Below are positions 27,253-35,178 of a DNA stretch of 57,186 nucleotides, piece by piece. Made by a program: the position numbers and the translations under genes. Below the pieces are notes generated by a model that did not search any database, was not told where the DNA came from, and saw nothing but the letters and a program-made list of their open reading frames with translations. Position 1 is the stretch's first letter, and the number at the start of each line of letters is the position of its first letter. Source of the DNA: Hadesarchaea archaeon (GTDB taxonomy: Archaea > Hadarchaeota > Hadarchaeia > Hadarchaeales > WYZ-LMO6); assembly GCA_029259185.1 (NCBI GenBank), contig JAPDJF010000002.1, positions 1-57,186 on the forward strand, in the 5' to 3' direction.

Positions 27253-28416
27253 CTACGTTAGATCCCAAATTTTGTGGTAGAACTCCTCAACCTTTGATGC
27301 GATCTTGTCCCAAGTAAGATTTCTGTATGCGTATTCCTTTGCCCGTTTTCCCATCTTCTCCGCCTTTTCCTCATTCGCGAGCATTTCTAAAATTCCGTGT
27401 GCAAACTCCTCGGGAGCTTCAGAATTAACCACAACCGCATTATACCCATCCTTGAAGATATCGCTGGCCACCCCAACCTTGTTGGTTACAATTGGTTTGC
27501 CAGCCGCCATATACTCAGCTATTCGATTCGGAAACCTTGCCCTGTTAAACATATTGTTGCGGAGGGGCAATGCTAGCACGTCGGTAGCTGCCAGGTAGTC
27601 CGGCACTTCTGCATGCGGAACCCCCCCAACGAAAATAACTTTATCGGAAACATTCAGCCGACGACACAGCTTTGATAATTCATTCTTCCACTCTCCTTCC
27701 CCCACTACGGCTAGGAGAGTGTTCGGCATTTCGCTTATAACATGTGGCATTGCTCGGATGAGGAGGTCGATATCAGCCCAGGGTTTGAGCCCCCCCGCGT
27801 ACACGATTAAATTCTCTCTATTTTTAATCCCCAGCTTTTTTCTGACTATTCTGCCAGTTGATCGCTTTCCAAAAATAGCCTTATCGAACCCGTTTGGGAT
27901 CAAAAGAACTCTTTTGCTAGCGAGCACTGTCTTAGCGACGTTTGCCAAGAACGGCGAGACACAAAGTACCCCGTTAAACATTTTCAGAAACGCTTTTTCC
28001 AACCGATCTATCAAGGAAGTATAAAGTGGGTTCGACTTCGGATCGAGTCGCTGACCAAAGGTCTCATAATCGTCCCAGTAGAGTATCCGGATGCCCCGCT
28101 TGAGTGCGCCTGCTATCGCCGCGGGCAAAGCCGATTGAATGAGCGGTTTGAAGGCTTGGACAACGTCGAATTCTTGCCTCAGCACTTGAAAAGTTTGTAT
28201 CGTGGCATGGGAGATTATCCTAAGTTCTCGTGGAGAAGGTATTACCCCGAAATATTTCATGCGTGCTTTTTTGCTACATATGATGTACTTCCTCCCGATC
28301 TTTGGCAGAAACATCGTGACCTCGTGACCTCGCGCCGCTATCTCTTCGGCTAGATGGAAGGCATTTATTGTGGTAGGCTCATCGAGGCCAGAAAAGTTCG
28401 TGAAACACACCCTCAT
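27253..28416 (-). CDS. GT4-family glycosyltransferase
   Basis: 387 aa. AEYMAAGKPIVTNKVG. N-terminus MRVCFTNFSG. Confidence 0.85.
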   Translation of the reverse strand: MRVCFTNFSGLDEPTTINAFHLAEEIAARGHEVTMFLPKIGRKYIICSKKARMKYFGVIPSPRELRIISHATIQTFQVLRQEFDVVQAFKPLIQSALPAAIAGALKRGIRILYWDDYETFGQRLDPKSNPLYTSLIDRLEKAFLKMFNGVLCVSPFLANVAKTVLASKRVLLIPNGFDKAIFGKRSTGRIVRKKLGIKNRENLIVYAGGLKPWADIDLLIRAMPHVISEMPNTLLAVVGEGEWKNELSKLCRRLNVSDKVIFVGGVPHAEVPDYLAATDVLALPLRNNMFNRARFPNRIAEYMAAGKPIVTNKVGVASDIFKDGYNAVVVNSEAPEEFAHGILEMLANEEKAEKMGKRAKEYAYRNLTWDKIASKVEEFYHKIWDLT

Positions 28417-29891
28417 ATGGCCAGCTTGCTCCTATGAGTCGCAAATTTAGCGGCGGTGGAAAGACCGCGCATGGCAACCCGAACGACCCCAGCGATTCCC
28501 TCTGCGCGGTAAACCTCCCGTAACATGCACCACGCCTTTTTTGGTCTGCTCATCAGATGAACCGCCCATCTCCGCTGGGCATACCTCAAAAACTCCATCA
28601 ACTCATCGGCCCGCAGCTCAGGGTAGGAGATCACAGCGTAGTTGTTCCCGTCGAACTTCGACCAATCTCGTTCGACTAGCCACCCTTGCTCCTCCGCCAT
28701 CCGGTAGAACTCCGTGCCGGGGAACGGTGTCGCTATGGAGAACTGGGCCGAGTCGGAGTCCAGCTCTAGGGCAAACTCTAAAGTCTGCCTGATACTCTCG
28801 CGGGTATCGCCGGGCAGACCGAACATGTAGGTCGCATGGGTTCTGATCCCAGCCTCCCTACACCACCTGAAGACCTTTTTCACGTGCTCCAAGACTAGTC
28901 CCTTCCTGATCTTGTTGAGAACTTCCTGACAACCTGACTCGATGCCGAACTTGATGGCGACACATCCAGCGTCGGCCATTTTGAAAACCATCTCCCGGTT
29001 CATCGTCCCGGCGTGGGTCATACATGACCACCCGATGTCGATCCACTCGCTTTTGATCAGGGAGCAGAGTTCGTACACCCTTTTCCGATTCTGTGTGAAC
29101 GTCGAATCGTCAAAATAGATTTCTTTGGGCCGGTACTCCTCGATCACCTTTTTCATCTCCTCGACCGTCCTTTTGGGGGAATTGGCGCGGAAGGTCCCGA
29201 ACTCCATCGTCTGAGGATAAAGACAAAAAATGCACTTGAAGAGACACCCTCTGCTTCCGAGGAGTTGGAAGTTCGGGTACTTGCTGCAGAACGGTTCGTT
29301 GTATTCCTCCATTGGGAACAAGTGCCACGCGGGCATTGGTAGCAGATCTAGTTCTTGTAGAATGGGCCTAGGTGTCGCGACGATATCTTTACCCTTCCTG
29401 ACGGCGAATCCCTCGATGGGTCTCTCGCCTTCCCATTTTCTCACCAGCTCCTCCACTGAGAGTTCATACTCCCCCAAGGCCACCCTGTCGATATAGGGGT
29501 GATCCCGGAGCACCTCCCTGTACATCACCGTAGCGTGAGGGCCACAGACCACTATCTCGGGGTTAAGTCTTTCCTTTATTTCCTTCAGAACCCTCATGTC
29601 GTTGTGAAAAGTGACCGTTGATGTTTCTGCCACCACCAGCTCCGGCTGGATGCTCTCGCATTTCCTGTAAAACTCCTCGTGGGTCAGCTCCAGTGCGAGG
29701 CTGTCCAGAACATGGATCCCCGTGTTAGGAACTTTCTCGAGTAGGGCCGCAGTATATGCCATGTAGAAGGGGAACGGCATGTACCGGGTGCGCCTGCTGG
29801 ATGGCTTCTTGTACTTGGCGGGCCACCTGGAACCCGCCCTGACACCGCCGGCTTCCCACGGCAGATTGGCCAGCAAAACTTTGATCATCAA
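28413..29891 (-). CDS. B12-binding-domain radical SAM enzyme (class B-like)
   Basis: The N-terminal Rossmann-like segment (KVLLANLPW...VVCGPHAT) is typical of cobalamin-binding rSAM enzymes. CX3CX2C lies in GSRGCLFKCIFCLYP. 4-nt overlap with the downstream GT4. Confidence 0.85.
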   Translation of the reverse strand: MMIKVLLANLPWEAGGVRAGSRWPAKYKKPSSRRTRYMPFPFYMAYTAALLEKVPNTGIHVLDSLALELTHEEFYRKCESIQPELVVAETSTVTFHNDMRVLKEIKERLNPEIVVCGPHATVMYREVLRDHPYIDRVALGEYELSVEELVRKWEGERPIEGFAVRKGKDIVATPRPILQELDLLPMPAWHLFPMEEYNEPFCSKYPNFQLLGSRGCLFKCIFCLYPQTMEFGTFRANSPKRTVEEMKKVIEEYRPKEIYFDDSTFTQNRKRVYELCSLIKSEWIDIGWSCMTHAGTMNREMVFKMADAGCVAIKFGIESGCQEVLNKIRKGLVLEHVKKVFRWCREAGIRTHATYMFGLPGDTRESIRQTLEFALELDSDSAQFSIATPFPGTEFYRMAEEQGWLVERDWSKFDGNNYAVISYPELRADELMEFLRYAQRRWAVHLMSRPKKAWCMLREVYRAEGIAGVVRVAMRGLSTAAKFATHRSKLAI

Positions 29892-29909
29892 TTAACCTTT
29901 TCTGGTTGC

Positions 29910-30875
29910 CTAATAACCATGGCGGATTGAAATATTCACCTTCAGGATTTTCCTGAAATATTCAATGGTTGCTTGGAGTCCCTCCCTGAGGGGAGTGACT
30001 GGCTTCCACCGTAGGATCTCCTTGGCTTTGGAGATGTCCGGCTTTCTGCGAACGGGATCGTCCTGCGGCAGAGGTTTGAACACCATCCTCGATCTGGAGC
30101 CGGCCAATTTTTTGATCAAATTCGCCACTTCTAGGATACTTACTTCTTGTGGATTGCCCAGGTTAACGATCTCCCCCCCGAGAGCATCGGTGGTCGCCAG
30201 TCTCACCAATCCCTCGACCAAGTCCGTGATGTAGCAAAAGGATCTCGTCTGGGTGCCGTCACCGTAGACCGTGATCGGTCTATCTTCCAAAGCCTGTACA
30301 ATAAAGTTGGGGACTGCCCTTCCATCGTCCCTCCTCATTCTCGGACCGAACGTGTTGAATATGCGGGCGATCCTCACATCCAGCCCGTATTTGCGATGGT
30401 AGGCCATCGTCAGAGCCTCCGCGAATCTTTTCGACTCATCGTAGCACGATCTCACACCCACAGGGTTGACGTTCCCCCAGTAGCTCTCTCTCTGCGGGTG
30501 TTCCTTTGGGTCGCCATAAACTTCCGATGTGGAGGCCAGAAGAAACCTAGCCTTCTTCTTTCGTGCCAGCTCCAGCATGTTGAGGGTTCCAAGGGAATTC
30601 GTCAGGAGGATGTCTATTGCATGCTCCCTGAAATCAATCGGGGAAGCCTTAGACGCCAAGTGAAAAACGCATTCCACCGGTCCCTTGATCCCAATCAGAT
30701 CCCTCACATCTCGCTCAATGAACTTGAACCTCTTGTGCCGGAGCAAGTGCTGGAAGTTTTCCTTGCTCCCAGAACTGAGATTGTCTATGCAGATGACTCG
30801 GTGGCCATTCTCAATCAGACGGTCGCAGAGCCAGGATCCGATGAAGCCAGCACCTCCTGTGACGACCACATTCAC
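29910..30875 (-). CDS. UDP-glucuronate decarboxylase-like SDR (UDP-xylose synthase family)
   Basis: VVVTGGAGFIGSWLCDRL, ASTSEVYGDPKEHPQRESYWGNVNPVGVRSCYDESKR. This pattern is characteristic of UXS/ArnA-decarboxylase-type enzymes. Confidence 0.75.
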   Translation of the reverse strand: MNVVVTGGAGFIGSWLCDRLIENGHRVICIDNLSSGSKENFQHLLRHKRFKFIERDVRDLIGIKGPVECVFHLASKASPIDFREHAIDILLTNSLGTLNMLELARKKKARFLLASTSEVYGDPKEHPQRESYWGNVNPVGVRSCYDESKRFAEALTMAYHRKYGLDVRIARIFNTFGPRMRRDDGRAVPNFIVQALEDRPITVYGDGTQTRSFCYITDLVEGLVRLATTDALGGEIVNLGNPQEVSILEVANLIKKLAGSRSRMVFKPLPQDDPVRRKPDISKAKEILRWKPVTPLREGLQATIEYFRKILKVNISIRHGY

Positions 30876-30879
30876 AAGT

Positions 30880-31707
30880 TCACCCCCACTTTTCTTCCAC
30901 TCTCCTTACCATCTTCTCTCTCTCCTTTGCGTGAAATTCAACCGTGTGTTCTCGGAGCATGTCCTTCTCGACCTGTAGGACGGTGGACCATTTACCGATA
31001 TCTAGGTATCTCCCTGCCAGCTCCACGCTAAGCACCCTTTCACCCTCTTTGATGGCCAAGGCCAGCGAATCTGTGATTTGGACCTCGCCACCGTGTCCAG
31101 GTCGCGTTTGCTCAATATACTCAAAAATCCGTGGTTCAAAAACATATGCTCCGCAGGTGGCATAGTATTTGCCATCCACTCGGTAGTCCTGTGCCTGTTT
31201 TTTTGTCGGTTTTTCCACAAGTTTTTCCACTTCCAGATGCCTATTTTTTCTCCTGAATTTGGCGATACCGTATGATGTGGGATCCTTGACCTCTGCTAGT
31301 AATAGTGTTGCAAGGGGCCTTTCGTTCATGTGAAGATTTATCAGATTTTTTATTTCCCATTTTGGCTCGATAAAAGAGTCACCCAACAAAGTGATGAAAG
31401 TCGTGTCGATCCAGCCCTTTGCCTGCAGAATCGCGTGTCCCAGGCCGAGCCTTTCAAGCTGATAGAGGTAGGCCACCTTGACTCCGAAGAATGAACCGTC
31501 ACCTACGTAGTCCATGAGGGCCCCTTTCTGGTGTCCCACGATTATGAAAATCTTATCGACTCCACCCTCCCTCAAATTTTCCACACAGTGCTCGATGACA
31601 GATTTTCCAAGAATCGGGTAAAGCTCCTTTGGAACCGCCCTGGAGAAGGGGTACAATCTCCTTCCGCTGCCCGCTGCTGGAATCAGGCCGACAATATTTT
31701 CTTTCAT
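30880..31707 (-). CDS. sugar-1-phosphate nucleotidyltransferase (UDP-/dTDP-glucose pyrophosphorylase-like)
   Basis: Likely start MKENIVGLIPAAGSGRRL (G-x-G-x-R motif). The track ORF extends to 31755. Confidence 0.8.
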   Translation of the reverse strand: MKENIVGLIPAAGSGRRLYPFSRAVPKELYPILGKSVIEHCVENLREGGVDKIFIIVGHQKGALMDYVGDGSFFGVKVAYLYQLERLGLGHAILQAKGWIDTTFITLLGDSFIEPKWEIKNLINLHMNERPLATLLLAEVKDPTSYGIAKFRRKNRHLEVEKLVEKPTKKQAQDYRVDGKYYATCGAYVFEPRIFEYIEQTRPGHGGEVQITDSLALAIKEGERVLSVELAGRYLDIGKWSTVLQVEKDMLREHTVEFHAKEREKMVRRVEEKWG

Positions 31708-31711
31708 CCGC

Positions 31712-32980
31712 TCACCAGCAGACACCCTCGTACACCCTAGCGCTTTTCGCCTCATCTATCTTTCTACCATCGATCACGATTTTTCCTAAATAGTCTAGTT
31801 TTTTAAACTCATCCCATTCGGTTAGGATCAAGACTGCGTCGGACTCTAGAACCTCTTCAGCACTGCAGTACTTCACCTTCGGAAATATTTTCTTGAACCC
31901 GTCCATCGCTTTAGGATCATAGGCTTTCACGACGGCTCCCTGTTTCAGGAGCTCCCTGACGATTTTTATGGACGGCGCTTCCCTTATGTCGTCGGTTTCA
32001 GGTTTGAAGGTCAGGCCCAGAACTCCGATTTTCTTCCCCCTCACATCAGGCATGTGTTTTTTCAAAAGTTCTAACAACCTAAGGGGCTGGGTCTCGTTCA
32101 AATTAATTACCGATTCTAGGAGTTTGGGCTCATACCCAATCTTTTTTGCTATTGCTATCAGCGCCCGCACATCTTTGGGAAAGCAGGAACCGCCGAACCC
32201 TATGCCCGCATTGAGAAAATATGGCGATATCCTTTTGTCTAGACCTATTCCTTTGGCGACCTCGTAAACGTCTATGCCTAACCGCTTGCAAATGTTGCCG
32301 ATCTCATTGATGAAGCTGATTTTCGTTGCCAAGAACGCGTTCGAAGCATACTTGATCATCTCCGCCGTTTTTATACTAGTTCTGAGAATCGGGCATTTGA
32401 AATCATGGTAGAGCCGTTCTAGTACATCGCCGCTCCTCTGATCCAACTCGCCGATCACCACACGATCCGGGTTGAAGAAGTCGGAAAGTGCATTGCCTTC
32501 CCTCAAAAACTCAGGGTTCATGCAAACTCCAAAGTCGGCACCCGCCTTTTTTCCCGAATGGCGCTCGATAATCGGGACAACAACCCCCTCTGTCGCACCT
32601 GGCACCACCGTCGATTTCACAACGACAACAGGTTGGTTCCCACTATCTTTCAGGGCATCGCCGATATCTTTTGAAGCTTGCTCAATGAAATTCAGATCTA
32701 TAGTGCCATCCGGTTTGGAAGGGGTTCCAACACAGATGAAGATGATGTCCGAGTCACGAACGGCGCTGGACAGATTGGTCGTAGCTTTGAAATAACCTTT
32801 TTCCAGCACTTTTTGCAGGTGCTCTCCAAGCATCGGTTCGTATATCGGGAGAACCCCTTGCTTCAATTTTTCTACCTTGGCGCCATCGCTATCGACGCAA
32901 ATTACTGAATTTCCCATACTCGCAAATCCGACCCCAGTTGCCAACCCAACATAACCAGCTCCGACGATCGAAATCTTCAT
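31712..32980 (-). CDS. ugd: UDP-glucose 6-dehydrogenase family
   Basis: Likely start MKISIVGAGYVGL. GFGGSCFPKD catalytic-Cys motif. The track ORF extends to 33049. Confidence 0.9.
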   Translation of the reverse strand: MKISIVGAGYVGLATGVGFASMGNSVICVDSDGAKVEKLKQGVLPIYEPMLGEHLQKVLEKGYFKATTNLSSAVRDSDIIFICVGTPSKPDGTIDLNFIEQASKDIGDALKDSGNQPVVVVKSTVVPGATEGVVVPIIERHSGKKAGADFGVCMNPEFLREGNALSDFFNPDRVVIGELDQRSGDVLERLYHDFKCPILRTSIKTAEMIKYASNAFLATKISFINEIGNICKRLGIDVYEVAKGIGLDKRISPYFLNAGIGFGGSCFPKDVRALIAIAKKIGYEPKLLESVINLNETQPLRLLELLKKHMPDVRGKKIGVLGLTFKPETDDIREAPSIKIVRELLKQGAVVKAYDPKAMDGFKKIFPKVKYCSAEEVLESDAVLILTEWDEFKKLDYLGKIVIDGRKIDEAKSARVYEGVCW

Positions 32981-33511
32981 AGCGCTTGTTATTAAAAGGG
33001 GAGGCGCGTATTTAGCTTTTCCTGCGTTTCTGACTCTAATGATACGCAAAATTCCCCGTATTCATCCCGCTAATCGTCTCGAGGGGTAGATGTATCTATT
33101 TCCCGCTGGGGTCAATGTTCAACCTTCCACCACCGGTAGGAGGGATGTGGGATTACTCCCGAGCCCAGCGCCGAGCAGACGTTCATTGGGAAGGACTTGC
33201 CGGAAATCACCTTGGCTCTGAGTAAGCTCTTGGGGTTCTAAGCGGGCGCCGGAAACCGAGGGGCTTCGCCGCCGACTCCGTTTTGGGTCCCCGCATCGCC
33301 GTTGAGGTGCAAGGCCCTGTTCAGGTTGCTCTACTTCATCTTTTGCGAGTCGGTCTTCCCCGTCCCCTCAATCCTATTATTTTCAGCTTCTCCCATGCCT
33401 TCTCCTCGAAGTCGGGAAGAAGTAGCTGTCAGTTGTATCTCCATTTTTCCTCCACCCCAAGGAGGCTGGGGGAGGGAAAGGCTAAACCCGCATATATCCC
33501 AGCAGAAATAG

Positions 33512-33586
33512 CGGGCCCGGCGGGATTCGAACCCGCGATTTGCAGCTTAGGAGGCTGCCGCCTTATCCTGGCTTGGCCACGGGCCC
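33512..33586 (-). tRNA. tRNA-Arg (anticodon CCU), no encoded CCA
   Basis: Hand-folded cloverleaf: acceptor GGGCCCG/CGGGCCC, anticodon stem GCAGC/GCUGC with loop CUCCUAA, T arm GCGGG-UUCGAAU-CCCGC. Confidence 0.85.
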
Positions 33587-33700
33587 CCAACTATTCTGTC
33601 GGTGAGATTTTTAGAATTACTTTCCCTTCGGGAAAGGGAAAGGGCTTTGCGCAAATAGCCCCTGGGGCCAATTTTTGTGCTTGGGGGCTCGGAGTCCCCC

Positions 33701-34718
33701 TCAAGGGCCGAAAGCCCCACGCCCCCCGTCCCTGAGCCGGTGGCCCAGGAACCTCTCTCCGAGACCGCGTGCCGTCGGCGTTGTACTCCAGCCCACACGA
33801 CGGGCATTTGAAGAGACCCTGAGAAGGTCGCTATCCCAGCTCCCGCACGTGGCACGTTCGGCTGGTGTATGCCTCACCGGCGTACACCACGGGGATCCCC
33901 TCCCGGAGAGCCTCGTACTCGATGCACCTCGACAGCCGGTGGTGGGGCATCGAGTGCACGATGCGCCTGAACCTTCGCCCTTTTGCCCGCTTGCGGATTC
34001 CCTTCAGGTCCCCTATCACGATGACCAGTTTCGCTCCTTAGCCTCGTTGACGATCGCCCTCGAGATCTTGTGGCACAGGTCGTCTATTCGCCGGCTCCTT
34101 CCCGCCTACCCGATCGATCACTTTCAGCAATTTCTTTTCTCCAAGCCGCTTTCGGAGCCACGTAATGACGCCTCACTCCCCTTGCTTCCTTCCCGTGGAG
34201 CTTGGGGGAGGTGATGTTGGCCTCCTCCGACAGCGCCACAGACGCCGCGAGAAAGCGCTCCCCCAAGTCCACTGCGGGGACGCCGGAGGGACGCATCGGC
34301 TTGACCCTGCGCTTGACCGTGAGGTGGAGGAAGAACCTCCCGTTGCGGTGGACGAGCTGTGAGTCGGAGAGCTCAACCCTACCCGAGGAGAGAAGCTCCT
34401 CGTGGGAGCGCCACATCCGCAGCGGGCACCAGATGCGCATACAAGGTTGAAACGGATACGAAAAACCTGGCGAACCTGTTTCCGGTGTCGGTGAGCTTGA
34501 ATGAGTCCTTATCGATGAGGATGGGAGCCTTCCGCCTGTCCCCGGCCTTCCAGGCTAAAGCACGGCAGTAGTAGGAGGGCAGCCTCGTTTGCTCTCTCAG
34601 AGTCCGGCCTCTCAAGGGCCTGGGCGCGATCCCACTCGGCTTGGAGGTCCTCCAGAAGCTTGCGCTTGAACCGGGTGAGACCGTAGAGTTCAGCCCTTAT
34701 CGTCTTGGAGACCAACAT
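33701..34718 (-). pseudogene. decayed TnpB (IS200/IS605 OrfB, RuvC-like RNA-guided nuclease family)
   Basis: Fragments lie in different frames: MLVSKTIRAELYGLTRFKRKLLEDL; RMWRSHEELLSSGRVELSDSQLVHRNGRFFLHLTV...AVDLGERFLA; IGDLKGIRKR...YEALREGIPVVYAGEAYTSRTC; and a zinc-finger end CPSCGLEYNAD. The total is shorter than an intact TnpB. Confidence 0.7.
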
Positions 34719-34787
34719 CGAACGTGGTCCGTCGGAACCATTTTAAGCTTTCCGGTATTTTTGTGCAAAGCGAAGGGAAAGCAAACC

Positions 34788-34820
34788 TATTTAAACACAT
34801 TCACTTAAAGAAATCGAGGT
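34788..34820 (+). promoter_or_regulatory. candidate TATA box (tatttaaa) plus GAGGT ribosome-binding motif upstream of the small membrane protein / AglB-like operon
   Basis: tatttaaa at 34788-34795, gaggt at 34816-34820, ATG at 34827. Confidence 0.3.
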
Positions 34821-34826
34821 TAAAAT

Positions 34827-35108
34827 ATGGGTGCGACATCTAGAGCTCTAGGTGCGTTGTTGTGCGTTGGGTGTGCGGTGATCGTAGCATTTTACATCAT
34901 GTTTCCGCTGGCCCCCCACTTCAAGGAGTTCTGGATATTCCATGGGTACACGGCCCCCCTGTGGATCGTACTGCCGGTTGTGATAGGGGTGCTTGTCCTC
35001 GCCGGACTCGGTTTCTGGCTCGGGTGGATAATGGCCACGACGAAGGATGTTTCTCCCCCCAGCGTATCAGAGGAGCCAAAAAAGAAAAGAGCGAAGAGAA
35101 AGAAGTGA
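34827..35108 (+). CDS. small two-TM membrane protein with Lys-rich tail
   Basis: 93 aa. Two hydrophobic helices, C-terminus EEPKKKRAKRKK. Lies directly upstream of the AglB-like gene. Confidence 0.5.
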   Translation: MGATSRALGALLCVGCAVIVAFYIMFPLAPHFKEFWIFHGYTAPLWIVLPVVIGVLVLAGLGFWLGWIMATTKDVSPPSVSEEPKKKRAKRKK

Positions 35109-35178
35109 ACTATTTCGGCCCCACTTGCACTGAAAAATTTGTTTTTTATCTTTAGTCACCTGATTAAGCGGGGATAGG

